Origin: Callorhinchus milii
Taxonomy: Eukaryota
Direction of reading: 5' to 3'
DNA: 64,000 nucleotides
Assembly: GCF_018977255.1 (NCBI RefSeq)
Contig: NW_024704742.1
Location: 66,156,001 to 66,220,000, forward strand
Below, in pieces: positions 22,763 to 35,661 of this stretch (its first letter is position 1; each line of letters begins with the position of its first letter). The position numbers and the translations under genes are program-made. The notes beneath the pieces were generated by a model, which had not been told where the DNA came from, ran no database searches, and saw only the letters and a program-made list of their open reading frames with translations.

Positions 22763-24404
22763 ATTATAGTACTCCTGAGATATTTGTCTAGTTCCCTTCT
22801 GAAGGCTAATATGGATTCTACCTCAACCATCGCTTCAGACAGGGCATTCTATACCCAAACCACTTTGTGTGTTTGAAAACAAATCCTCCTAACCTCCTGA
22901 TTCACTTGTTTGCTGGCTTACGTGTAACCGTGGACTTGGGTCCAATTCCTGACTCATGCTAACGGCTTCCACTGCAGCTATTTTGTTAGTCACAAGTGAA
23001 GGGAGGGAGTTATAAAAGCAGCAAGCGAGCAAAAACACCTGCAAAGCGAGTACATCTGCGCTGTGGGGTCAAACCCAAAGCCCCCGGCGACCAGCTGCAA
23101 GCTACGTCGTAGTTTTGAGTTGATTCACTCTTGAAGCCAATGCTCCCGGACCAGCGACGTCCATTATACTCATTGGATAGAGGCAACATAATGGGGAAAC
23201 TGTCCCAAAGCCATTATCGCTTCAGGAGGGGTAAGGGGCTGCCAAGAAAGTGTTTAGATCTTCCTCTGTGCTTTGCCACAATGCTGGGCAGCCCTCACAG
23301 ACAGCAGTGTGTGGATGCGGAACAAATGCCTTTGTGAACCATGCTTGCCAGCATCTCCTTATTCACTCAAAGCCTTTTGAAATGCCCTCCAAAAGAAAGA
23401 AAAAGGACCAGTTGCAGTTAGTCCTTGTGAGAGGAGCAGTATTGGAGAGCAACTGAGACGCTATCATAGCAAACACTGCGGCCTCTTAATTGGTGCAAGG
23501 TTTTCAAAATGACTGGCTATGAATCTCTCCCTATTCCGAGGACACAGGTGTCTGCGGATCCATGGCAATTACAGAGGGTCTGAAAGAATGATAGAACAGG
23601 CATCACTAGGCTTCTGTGGACATAGCTTTTCATCCCTCGTATAATGTTCCTGCATCAATGCAGCCTGCTCATTGTGCCGAGCGAGCATGGTTACACAGGC
23701 CAGCGTTACAAATAGAGAGAAGGGGCTTCTGAATGGTCGGCATTTAAAGCTGTTTTCTTACAGCGTGGCCAAATTCCACCCTAAAGAATGCTCCAGCTAT
23801 TCCCGCCTTTCATTAAAGCGATTGTTTTTCATTCGGTTGAGGGTTTTTTTTTGCTTTCTTTCTCCACACACACCCCCTATCCCCATCACCCCCCACCCGC
23901 CACCCCGCCCCCCCACTCCACACACACACACACACACACACATACACCCTCCGTGTCTTTTGGACAAATTTTTGCAAATTTATTTGCTTGTTAACCCGTG
24001 CCCAACAAAGAAAAAGGAAAACAGGGGGGTTTTGTTGCTCTCACGCCACGGCTGTTTCTGAAACATTGCTGTGCGTAATTGGCTGATGGGTTTAGCCTAT
24101 AAAGTACACAGTCAATTTACTTTACAATGTAACCTGTGAAGCGCTTTGAGATGTTTCAAAGATGTGATAAGGCGCTATATCAAATGCAAAGATTATTATT
24201 ATCTCCCCATCCCTCTTTTGACTCCAGGTAATGATTCAAATTACCTTGGGACATGGATTTACATCCAAATGCTTTGTCAAGGCCTGACTCTAGTCACCTC
24301 TGACAACGCAGCATTTCTCTGCTGCACTGGCATTTCACCCAGAAGAACGAGATCAAACTCCGACGTAGAACTTGAACTAATAATAAAGCCATCGCTCTGT
24401 TAGC

Positions 24405-24688
24405 ATCACCATCATCTCTGAGCCTGAAGGGATCAAAACTCTCATTAGGATTTACGCTGACACTCCAGTGAAGCTCCCACTGCTTGTTCCAGCTAAAACT
24501 ACCCTGCTAGTTAAGACTTTCACTCGCAGGGGTAACGGGAGCCAAGCAGGAAGACTGCTCCGAATGACTGGTCTGCCCTCAAAGTTTATCCAATGAATCA
24601 AGCTGGTTGGTCTGTCATGGAGCACCACAGACCCAGTCAGTGCTTGACCAAGACCGCCTCAGAGGGTTAACTCAGTTCTGACATTCCA
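24405..24688 (-). repeat. Family X, diverged 5' portion
   Basis: rc reads GGAATGTCAG..TGACAGACCAACCAG..GGGCAGACCAGTCA..GCAGTGGGAGCTT, as in 62445-62700. Confidence 0.7.
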
Positions 24689-24694
24689 CTACTG

Positions 24695-25375
24695 CACAAC
24701 AACAATGTACATTAATGCAGTACTCTTCACATAGGGTAACCTCTCAGAACACTCTACAAGGATGGGATCAGACCCCAAACAGGGGAGAGGAAGAGGCAGT
24801 AGGACAAGGTTTGACGAGGCAGCTTTTAAGATGTGTTGGGAGGTGGGAGCGATGAGAAGGAAGGGTAGAGGGAGGGAGTTCCAGAATCTGAACACTAAGC
24901 CAACGATAGTGGCGCAGGGAAGGCGAGGGGATGTACAGAAAGCCCGAGCTAGCAGGGTGTCACGTCTCCATGCTGCCAGCTCAACCCCACGAAGACAACA
25001 ACAATTTACGTTTGTACAGCATCTTTCATGTTGGGAGGACGTCCCAAGGTGTGCTAGTAGACAGTTAAGGGGTTTGTGATCAGGAGGAGTGGAGGCCAAG
25101 GAGGGTGGGAGTAGGAGGGTGACTGAAACCACGGTTGAAGAGGAGGATCTTGAGCCTGGTATTCAAGGAGGCAAGAGAGGGGGTCAAGGTTAAGGGACTG
25201 TGGGAACAAGTTCCTAAAGGTGGGGGCAGAAAGGCTGAAGGCTCAACCGCCAATGGTGGGGTGAGCAGGTCAGAGTTTGCTGAGTGGAGGAAGCAGACAG
25301 GTTGGTACGGGGTTAGCAGGTCACAGAAGTTGGGAAGGAAGGCTTTGAAAGCAAAGACGAGGATTTTGAACTCTA
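24695..25375 (-). mobile_element. Two adjacent L2 3' fragments
   Basis: Two (CAA)n rc tails at ~24697 and ~24995; L2 ORF2 C-terminal similarity. Confidence 0.8.
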
Positions 25376-25830
25376 GTTAAAATAGAGAGGAAGTAAGCAG
25401 GGTGCTTTCCACCCACCTACTCTCCCCTGAACCCCCACCCTACCCACCACCATCAAAAAAGGACAAGGGAATGATTCTGACTGACCCTGGCACGTTTCCA
25501 ATGTTGCTGTTTCCATCTGCTGTTCTGTCCTTTTCAGTTTATTTCTCCTCCCAACATGAAAGGTGCTATATAAATGCAATTTATGCTTGTGTTGTTGTTT
25601 TAACTTTTCCAAATAACTCTGTAATTCATTTTTTTAAAAAAAGATAAAGGAAACAAGTCAATTATTCAGGATGAAGGGAGGAAAACATAACTAATATTTA
25701 CTGATTATCTAAACGCTGTGAGATCACATACAATGGCATCATCTGTGATCTGTGATACAGCGTCTATCACGTGAAGAGGAAGCCTCGAGGATGTGCTGTA
25801 AAGTAAAGTGACTGTACGTTTTTGTGGGTG

Positions 25831-26143
25831 AATAATAATCCTTGCATTTGATATAGCGCTTTTCAGGTCGGGAGGACGTCCCAAAGCGCTTCACAGAACA
25901 CACTGTAAAGTGAATTGACTGTATATTTGTGGGCGAACGCGGCAGCCAATTGCGCACAGCAATGTCCCACAAACAGTCGTAGATTGAAAATGACCAATTT
26001 ATTATTGTTTTGGGTTTTGGAGGGATTATTATTAGGCTCTGTGTGGAGTAAGGAAACTTGCCCAAGGTTTCGCCCTGACTGGAATTGAACTCAGGTCTCT
26101 CGCTTGCAAAGCGAGTGCTCTAACCACTGAGCTACAGGACTCC
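25831..26143 (-). mobile_element. SINE family A, subfamily with L2-like tail loop
   Basis: Tail rc TCGGGAGGACGTCCCAAAGCGC; head GCTACAGGACTCC. Confidence 0.92.
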
Positions 26144-26171
26144 ACTGGAATATATGCCAGTGGATACATGC

Positions 26172-26625
26172 TGTGCATCACCTGGCTCAGTTGGTAGTAC
26201 TCTCGTCTCAGAGACAGAAAGTTGTACGTTCAAGCTCTATGTTGGAGTCTGAGATGAAACTCCAATGCTAGTGCCCGGGGGAAGAGGGAAGGGGGGAGCA
26301 AAGATACTGCATTTTTGGAGGTGCTATTCTTTGGGTGAGATGTTAAACTGAAGTCTGCCTACCCAGATGGACGTTAAAGATCTCTTGGCACTATTCAAAA
26401 AGAGAAGGGAGATTTACCCCAGCCAAAAGTGCCCCCCCACCCCCCCTCACTCCAAATAAAATTGGTCACTCACTCCATGGCTGTTGTGAGACATTGCTGT
26501 GTGTAGACTGGCTATTGCATTTCACCCACAAAATACACAGTTACTCTACTTTATGGTCTATCCTGTGCTTTGAGATGTCTCGCCAAAGAGATAACGCGTT
26601 ACACCAAATGCAAGGATTGTTATTA
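26172..26625 (+). mobile_element. SINE family B, full length
   Basis: CCTGGCTCAGTTGGTAG head, core, tail. Confidence 0.88.
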
Positions 26626-27649
26626 ATATTGTGCTGCACTTTTTCTGTAGCTCATGCCTCCATTGAATGGCCAAATAGTACTTAAAACACTGCCCTTGAT
26701 ATGAGATGAGCCGTATAATATCTCTTTATTTATTGCCTTGTGGTAGCTGGATAAGTAGCATAGAGTGTTCAGCCACCAGCCAACTGCAATAATTGTGCAT
26801 TTTCACTGCTTTCAGAGATCTGTTTATTTGAATCAGTGGCAAGTGTTTATTTTTATTATTAACAGAAGATTTTTGGTGGTAGCTACACATTTATTTGCTA
26901 AAATGCTTGAGGTTTGTGCGGTGTTGGCCCATCTGTTTGCCAATCCCATGTGCAGATGTGCCCCAGCTGTGCCAGCCCGGCTCACTGGGTAACACTCTGG
27001 GCTCCAGGTCAGAAGGTTCATGTCTGAGCTGACACTCCCATGCGGGAGGAGTTTTACACCGACAGAGGGGCCTTGGCCGGCCAATCTTTCCTGCTAAATT
27101 CGCCATTCAATACATAGCTGCCAACATGAAGTACTTTGAGACATTTTGCTACGTGAAAGGCTTTGAAGTACAATAATAATCGTTACATTTCATATGGCAA
27201 CATTCACGTCAGCTGAAGTTCCAAAGCACTTCACACTATATATTGTAAAGTTGCTGTGTCTGGGTGTTGTGTGGGCCAACATAGGCAAATTGGTTGCCGC
27301 ACTTGTCCACACAACACACAGTCACAGCACTTTATAGCCATGGAGTGAGTTACCAATTTTATTTAGGGAATTGTTGGCCAGGACACCGGGAGAAATTCCC
27401 TTTTCTTTTTGTGTAGTACTGTGGGATTTTTAACGTCCACCTAAACAGGCAGATGTGTTCAAAAATCTTCCTGGCCATTCTTAAAATAATTTAAGAAGCA
27501 AAAGTTAAAAACCTGTTTCCAGCAGCGATGGAAAGACTGAAACAATCATCGTCACCATACTAGAAACCTTTGGCCAGATATGATTAGAAATAATGATAAT
27601 CCTTGTGTTTGATACAGCGCCTTTGACATCGGGAGGATGCCGACAGAAA

Positions 27650-28140
27650 CAACAACAATATAACAATATAACAATATAGTGCCCCTCACCCAGGGTAGCC
27701 TACCAGAGCGTCTGAAAGTGGCAGAGCACGACGCCAAGCCAGGGGGAGATGACTGTAGGCACGGTCGAATAGGAAGGTCTTCAGGCACAACCTGAAGATG
27801 GGGATGGAAGTGGCAAGGCAGAGGGATAGAAGAAGAGTGTTCCAGAGTTTCTGGGCGTAGTGGCTGAAAGCACGGCCACTGATAGAGGAACGGAGGGCAC
27901 GAGGGACATGCAGGAGGCCAGAGCAATCAAGTGGAGGTAGCAGGTTGTGGGCTGGAGGATAAGCAGGTCAGAGAGGTAGGGAGATGCCAAGGCGTGAAGG
28001 AATTTGAAACTGGTGTGAGGTTCTTGAAATCGATCCATTTGGCGATAGGGACCCAGTGGAGCCTGGCTAGAACTGGTGAGATGGGGGAGCGGAGTTTAGT
28101 GCGGGTGAATATGCGGGAGGCAGACTTATGGTTCAGCTGC
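27650..28140 (-). mobile_element. L2 LINE 3' fragment
   Basis: SPISPVLARLHWVPIAKWIDFK / FKFLHALASPYLSDLL. Confidence 0.88.
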
Positions 28141-28225
28141 ACATCACAGAGCACGTCACAAGATTTTACTGTAAAGTGTAGTGAGAAATGTTGACCAGGA
28201 TACCAGCCTTATAACGTCGTTGAGA

Positions 28226-28850
28226 CTTCTCAAAGCCCTTTAGAATCTTAAAGATTGCAATCATATCGCCCCTCAACCTTCTCTTCTCCAGCGTGAACAT
28301 ACCTAGTTTACCTATTTGCTCCTCGTAGCCCAGACCCTCCATCCCCTCAATCATTTTGGTTGCCCTCCTCTGTATCCTCTCAATTGCTGCAATATCCTTC
28401 TTATATTGCACACAGAATTCCAAGTGTGGTCATACCAGTGATTTATAAAGTGGTAGGATTACCCCACTATTTGGGCTCAATATTGCCCTTTTAATACAAC
28501 CCAGCATTTGGTTTGCTTTACTCACTGCGACCGAGCACTGTTGCGATAGCCTCAATTTATTGTCAATCAGGATCCCCAGGTCCTTTTCATTTTCTGTACA
28601 GATTATTTTTTACCATTTAAATAATAGTTCCTTCCTTGATTTTTTGTCCCTATTTGAAGCACTTTGTATTTCTCTACATTAAATTAAATCTGCCATCGAT
28701 CTGCCCGATTCTCAAGAATGTTCAAGTGCTGCTGTAACCTATCCTGTTCATCTTTCCAGTCTACCACCTTCATTAGCTTTATGTTATCTGAAAATTTAAC
28801 TACTGTGCTTGTGACTCCACAATTGTTAGCAACTCCACCACCCAGATCAA
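28226..28850 (-). pseudogene. CR1 LINE RT fragment (internal)
   Basis: [67 protein letters not shown], with stop codons. Confidence 0.92.
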
Positions 28851-28997
28851 TTCCTGGAAATAAAAAGTAAGAACATACAACACATTATAAAACTTAGTGC
28901 CTGAAACAGGCATAGTTTCTGCAGCTTAAGTAGTTGAGTGGCCTAATTTTATTTTGAGGGATTATTGCCCTGGAAAACAATCCTTGCATTTAATACA

Positions 28998-29292
28998 GCT
29001 GATTTGTGGAAAATTCTTAAATTCAGTTAACTTGGAAGCCTTTTTCTTGCAGTTCTCATCTGAAAAAAAGACTGAACTGAAAGATTTGCCTCAATGACCC
29101 CAGAGATAGATAAGAATAATAATGATCCTTGCATTTCATATAGCGCTTTTCATGTCTTCTGGAAGTCTCAAAGCGCTTCACAGAATAGACTGTAAAGTGA
29201 ATTGACTGTATATTTGTGGGCGAAACACGGCAAAAGGATAGAGTGGGGTTAACAGGACTGGCAGAGAGGAAGAATTTTTCCTGTGAGATATA
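28998..29292. repeat. MITE-like family Y fragment interrupted by a SINE tail
   Basis: Joins the family-Y terminus motif AAATTCTTAAATTCAG to the 3155-3290 sequence; SINE tail at 29112-29231. Confidence 0.75.
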
Positions 29293-30113
29293 AGTGAGTA
29301 TCTAACGTCAGCATGGCTAAATGGTCCTCTTAAAGCTGCTTTCACAGTTCTCCATTGTAATTACGGAACCCCATTAAATTACATTCCTACCCTTGGGGGA
29401 GATCATTTTTTTGTTCTTAAGTTTATAACTACGATAACAACTATTTACAGTGGATCAAGATTGAGGATGATATCAACATGTACCTTCACAGCAATTTCAC
29501 ACAACAACAACAAACAACAATGAATTACAATTGTATAACGGCTTAACGCACATCTTAAAATTCTTAACAGATGGACGAGAACCAAATTTGGATGAGAATT
29601 GGAGGGGAGAGGGAGGGAGGGATGGTGGGAGAGAGGGAGGGAGGGAGGGATGAAGGGAGTAGATGGAGTGGATGGGGGGTGGGATAAGGACCATAGAAGA
29701 TCACAGTGTGGAGGGGTGGGGGGTGGCATGTAGTCATTTGAAAGTGACGATGAGGGTTTCAAAGGCGATTGGCTGGGGGGAATAAGGAGCCACTAAAGCT
29801 GGGTGAGGACCAGGGTGATGGGGACGCGGAGCCAGGTGCGGGAGAGGTTATGAGCTACAGATTTTCCAATTTGAGACCTGTTCTGGGGATTGTTGCCCTT
29901 TTCACTAACTCCCACTTTTTCCTTCAACCCAATTCACTCAACATCCGGTTAGGCCTTTTGCAGTCACTACACTTTATAGTAAATCCTGTGAAGCTCTGAG
30001 ACATTCAACATGAAAGGCACTATATCAAATGCAAAGATTATTATCACTATTATTACTTTATTACTATTACTACTTGCTCTTACTACTATTACTATTAATA
30101 CTATCACATTAAA

Positions 30114-30427
30114 ATAATAATACTAATCCTTGCATTTGATATAATGCCTTATCAAGTTGTTGAGACGTCTCAAAGCACTTCACAGAGTATACTGTGAAGT
30201 GTAGTGACTGTGTATCTTGTGGGCAAAATGCGTCAGCCAATTGCCAACAGCAGTGTCTGACAAACAGTCATGGATTGAGTGACCAATTTATTATTATTAT
30301 TATTTGAAGGAATTATTACCCTCAGAAAAGTGATCCGCCAATTGACTAACAACCGGGTTCCTACTTACTGCTAGATAAACAGAGGTGCTTGCAGGGTGAG
30401 TGCTTTAACCACTGAGCGCAGGACTCC
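30114..30427 (-). mobile_element. SINE family A, head partly deleted
   Basis: Reverse-complement tail, body, CAGGACTCC. Confidence 0.88.
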
Positions 30428-31714
30428 ATGTATCTTTCTGCGCACTGCGAGCAATGGGAATAATTTCTGCATAATTCCATCCAGAACAAAAAGTGTAAAA
30501 GTTCAGATAGTGGGAGTACAAGACCCCCTCTCTCCCTCTTCCCCCCTCCCTCCCTGTCCACCTCCCCACCTCCACAAGCTCACATGTCGCTGGCATTACA
30601 GTAGAAAGACTGTGACACTTCATGGCTGAGCACACAGTAGTTCCAATTGGGACCGGATGAACTTTATGGTCAGTGTTTATGTAGACAAGCCATAATGAAT
30701 GAAGTATTTTTTGTCCACTGCCTTCTGAAAATTCCTCATAAAAATACTCCTTTAAGCTCTTTTCCTGTAAGCATTGCTCACTAATAAAACCTAGACTGTT
30801 AAAGTTGCATTCCCCACATGTAGTGCTGTGAAAACTCTCCAGCCACCACAAAATGATTTGACCCATGCAAGAAGTTACAAATTCCAATTTCAATGTGTGT
30901 GCAAATCTGTCTCTCCCTCACTCGGCTGTGCACAAGTGGCTGTGCGTTTCACCCACAAAATATAGTCGTTACACTTTACAGTATATTCTATGAAGTGATT
31001 TGTGACATCTAGACAACGTGCAGGTGCTACATCAAATGCAATGATTATTATTATTTATTATAAGACTGAATTGACGAATATCTTAAAGACAATTTCTGGG
31101 CTAAGACTGGAGGGAATTCCGGGCCTCTGGAGCCTATTTGAGGCGCTGAATGCGGCCAGAGTAAAAAAGGAGACAGCTTTGGTTTTAAGGTGAAAGGACT
31201 TGTTTGCAAAGGGTTATATTACAGTCATCATATTAGAGCATTCGCAATCTAAACAACAGCCTCTGCCTTATCCCAGGGCTTCCTGTTCCCACCATCCGTC
31301 CCCAAGCCCAGCGAAGCAGCTCCTGTTAGAAACGTTTCCCAGACTGATGTGTTTTTGTTGTTTAGTCTCTATTAAGCAGCGCTCGCTCGCAGTTCAGTCT
31401 GGGTTCAGCCATATTGTTTAAATTAACTGTGGTCAGGTTTGGGGTCTGGTTCACATCATGTCCGGTGTTGCCACCATCGCAGGACCCTCAGCTCACACAG
31501 CGAACAGGCTGGCGAGAGATTACATACTGATTCCTCTATTAACTCATAGCCCAGTAAATGCCATATTTGCTTTGACTTTAGTCTGCAGCCTTTGGGCAGC
31601 GAAGTGCAACATTCCTGTCCTCTTGGCAGTAAGTTGGAACACATTGTGTGGTGTAACCAGATTCCATTAACACTATAAAGCCAGAGGAAATAAAGGGATG
31701 GGCAATGTGTTTAG

Positions 31715-32130
31715 CCCTCTCCCCTTGCCCCATCCTCGCTGGACTCCATTGATTCCCCATCCCCCAGCAGATCAAATTCAAACTCTTCGTTCTCACCTTT
31801 GAATTCCTCCACGCTGTCTCTGCCATCTCTAAAACCCCACTTACCCGGCCACTCTCTTAACACAGTGAGCACCTGCCTACTTCATGTCCCCTGTTTTCAG
31901 CCATTCAGCCCCTGCTCTCTGGAACTTTATCCTGGAGTGCCTCTGATTCGCCCTCCTCTCTTTCAAGGCTCAAACTTTCTATCACACTTTCTGTCATCTT
32001 TCCCCTCCCCATGCCCTCAGCTCCCACCCTCAGCTTGGGTGCCCATCGAGCACAGTATAAAACATTTGTATAACATTGTATAAAACATATTTGGGATGTC
32101 CTCCCAATGCAAAAGCCACTGGATAAACTG
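31715..32130 (+). mobile_element. L2 LINE 3' fragment
   Basis: CCCCATCCTCGCTGGACTCCATTGATTCCCC (PILAxLHWLP-like); tail GGGATGTCCTCCCAATG. Confidence 0.75.
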
Positions 32131-32324
32131 TGTTTTTTTTTACCTTTACTCTGCCGAATTGGCTGCCTCACTTGCCTACAAAATACACAATCACTACACT
32201 TGACAGCATTTCCCAGTGAAGTACTATGAAGCGTTTTAGCATCATAAGCGCCATGTCAAAACAAATGCAAGGATTATTATTTATTAATATGCTAATCGTG
32301 AATTAATTGCTGTCTGGGTACTAT

Positions 32325-32745
32325 TAATAATAATAATTGTTGCGTTTGATATAGTGCTTTATCATGCTGTCAAGACATCTAAAAGCACTTCACAGTATAT
32401 ACTGTAAAGTGCATTTTGTGAGTGAAACATGGCAGCCAATATGCATAGCAATGTCCCACAAACAGTCATGGAGTGAATGACCAATTTTATTTGGAGAATT
32501 CTTGGCCAGGCCATAGGGAGAAACTGCCTTCTCTTTTTGAATAGTGCCATGGGATCTATAATGTCTACTTGAACAGTTTAACGTCTCATCCATAGGATGG
32601 CATCTACGACAATGCAACACCCCACCCAGCATTGCAATGGAATGTCAGGTTAGACAACGTGATTCCAAGCCCGATGTGGGGCTCGAACCCACAACCTGCT
32701 GATTCAGAAGCAAGAGTGTTACTTACCATTTGCGCCAGGCTGATA
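32325..32745 (-). mobile_element. SINE family B, full length
   Basis: Reverse-complement tail, core, head. Confidence 0.9.
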
Positions 32746-32994
32746 CGAATAGCCCTGAGTTGCAATTTTCACCCTTGTTCTTTTTTCCCAGGTCAAGACA
32801 AACCCATTTGCCTTCACCTATGCTGATAACCCAAGCCTCAGTCCGCCGCTGCTCAACACACAATCCTTCCCCTTGGCACATCTGCTTCTCCTCTCTTGAC
32901 ACTGATAGGAGGCACTATTATTACAGTGTTATCTCTACTGAAACATGAACTGCTCCACCTAAACTAAAGATAAACAACACTTACCTTATACTAA

Positions 32995-33156
32995 GACAGT
33001 CCAGCCAGCCTGGCTCATCGGCAGGACTTCAAAGGGCAGACTAGTCACTGGGGCAGGTGACTGGGGCAGGTCCTGTTAACCCTAACTGGTAGGGTGGTCC
33101 TAGGTGGACAAGCAGCAGGAAAGCTTGCCAGACAGTGCTCTCAATGCGAGCTCAAC
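32995..33156 (+). repeat. Family X, 5' portion
   Basis: CCAGCCAGCCTGGCTCATCGGCAGGAC..GGAAAGCTTGCCAGACAGTGCTCTCAATG. Confidence 0.8.
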
Positions 33157-33230
33157 GGAGTCCTGTAGCATATTGGTTAAAGCACTCTGGGAGGATGTGA
33201 TCAGATGGGCCTTGTTTATCTAAACCATGT

Positions 33231-33584
33231 GGAGTCCTGTAGCGTATTTGTTAGCACGCTTGCCTCGCAAACAAGAGGACCCAGTAGGGCGAGACCTTGG
33301 GCAAGTTTCTTTACTCCAAAGTCCTCTGCTTACCTAGTAGTAAGTAGGAACCCAGTTGTTAGTTGATTGGCGGAACAGTTTCCGGGGTAATAATCCCTTC
33401 AAAAACAAAATTGGTCACTCAATCCATGACTGCTTGTGGGACGCTGCTGTGCGCAATTGACTGTTGTGTTTCACCCACAAAATACACAGTCAATCCACTT
33501 TACATTATATTCTGTGAAGTGCTTTGAGACGTCTCATCGAATGACAAGGCGCTATATCAAATACAAGGATTATTACTATTATTA
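33231..33584 (+). mobile_element. SINE family A, full length
   Basis: GGAGTCCTGTAGC head to (ATT)n. Confidence 0.9.
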
Positions 33585-34208
33585 TAAAGCACTTCACAGG
33601 ATATTCTATAAAGTGTATTAACTGTGTGTTTTGCAGGTGCAGCCATTTTCCTGCTGGATTAATTATAAGATTGTGTTGTGTGTGGCTCTGCACCCTGACC
33701 ATCATTTCTCTGGCTCCATTGCAAAGCGCATGGCGCATCCCTACTGATCGTCCTCCTGACGGTTATGCCAAATTATTTTTTGGCGGCTCCACAGCGAACT
33801 GCCAAGCCCACATTCCTCACCGCCTCCAGCATCACTGAGGCTGGGGTGTTCTGCTTTAGAACAAACTAAGGTGTGTTAAAGAGCAAACACACTGTGCCAC
33901 TTTCCCCAAGGCAAACTCCCCAACGCTTTTGAACTGTTAAACCATACAGGTATTCAGAAGTTACAAATTAAGGTTGATGTAGGCGGTTTGCTTATTTGGT
34001 CTGTGACTGCAGGAATGAAGAACGTACAAGCAATATTCACAAACAGATTGGAGGTTAGTTTCAAAACCCTCCCCCACCCCCTCGCCTCTCTGCTCCACTC
34101 CCCTCCCTTCTCCTTCCCACATAGAGCGGTGGATACATTGAAAAGGCTGAGTAATAAGGTGGAGTTCTCTGGGCTAATTGATACCTTTAAAATGGCAGCT
34201 AACTTCTA

Positions 34209-34505
34209 ATGTAAGCCTGGCTCAGTTGGTAGCACTCTCGCCTCTGAGTTAGAAAGTTGTGAGTTCAAACTCCACATTGGGACTATAAACTCATATAGTC
34301 CAGGCTGACACTCCAGTGGAGTGCAGGGGGTGCACTGCATTGTCGGAGGTGCCAAACTTCACATGAGATGTTAAACTGAGGTCTCATTGGCCTCTTGATG
34401 ACCTGGCCAACAATCCCTCAAATAAAATCAGTCATTGGCTCCATCACTGTTTGTGAGACATGGCTATGTGCAATTTGTCTGCCGTGTCCACCTACAAAAT
34501 ACACA
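34209..34505 (+). mobile_element. SINE family B, 3'-truncated
   Basis: GCCTGGCTCAGTTGGTAGCACTCTCGCCTCTGAG head. Confidence 0.88.
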
Positions 34506-34780
34506 TCCACCTGAACAGGCAGATGGGACCTCAGTTTAATGTCTTATTTCCAGGATGGCCTGTTCAGCAATGCAGCCTTCCCCCAACACTCCACTGGAGG
34601 GTCATTCTAGTTCCCAACAAAGACTAGAACAAGGACCTTGGACTCTGACCCAGAGCGCAACTAGTTGAACTGGACTAAGTCTTTCCCACACACTAAACTA
34701 CAGAGGAAACAAAGGTCCTTTGACTTACCAAGTCTGATTCTTCTACAGATCCTTAAGGTCCACTTGAACAGGCAGACAGG

Positions 34781-35058
34781 ACATAGGAACATAAGAACAT
34801 TGGAACAGGAGAAGGCCTTTCAGCCCGTCGAGCCTGTTCCGCCATTTAATTAGATCATGGCTGATCTATATCTTTACTAGAATTTCAAATCCAATTTCCT
34901 GCTTTCCCCCCCTATCGCTTAATACCCTGACCTATCAAAAATCTGTCAATCTCTTTCTTAAAGGTGTGGATGGATCCAGCATTTACGACCTTTTGGGGAG
35001 AGAGTTCCAGATTTCTACCACCCTTTGAGTGAAAAAATGCTTCCTAATTTCACTCTTA
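34781..35058 (-). mobile_element. CR1 LINE 3' end inserted in a family-B SINE
   Basis: ACATAAGAACAT..GGCCTTTCAGCCCGTCGAGCCTG tail; SINE core resumes at GGACCTTGGTTTAATG (35059-35222). Confidence 0.88.
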
Positions 35059-35661
35059 AGGACCTTGGTTTAATGTCTGAACTGAAGGACAACAATGCAA
35101 CACTCCCCAGCACTGGAGTGTCAGCCTAGATTAGGGTAAGCTCAAAGTCCCCATGTGAGGTTTGAACCCACAATCTTCTGACTCTAAGGCGAGAGTGCTA
35201 CTAACTGAGCCAAACTGACACCTGTAGCACACACTAGATTGGGATTGGGTAGAAGGCACATGGATGATGGTTCTGGGAGCGAGGAAGTTAAACGTGCCGA
35301 CAAACTACTCGACAGCCAGTAAAGTCAGGTGCACTTTCATCATCAAACACGTTTGGATCAGATAAATCGCACTGAGTGCTTGTATTGGATGAATGTCAGA
35401 TAAGCTGTGATTTATCTGATGCAAACATGTAACCTGATAATTGTGAGAATCAGCTACTGGAGTGAGTAGAAATAAGAACATGAAATCATTTTTATTTGAA
35501 ACTTAATTTTATATGTCCCGACTATTTACTACATTACTGTGCACATACAGGGTCCTGCACAGGCTTTAGAAATCAGTTACAATGGCCGGGTTAAGTCTCA
35601 AACTGCATTGTTTGTGGGTTTTTTATGCAGAGGGTAATCAATGGCTGGAACAGGATTGCAT

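Noticed and set aside
30405..30893. 162-aa minus-strand ORF
   Set aside because: No recognisable domain; runs through low-complexity DNA into a SINE.
33074..33125. Telomerase-RNA resemblance in family X (TAACCCTAACTG, CAGCGGGAAAGC)
   Set aside because: The template-like string arises from a deletion in this one copy, and I see no pseudoknot or H/ACA organisation.
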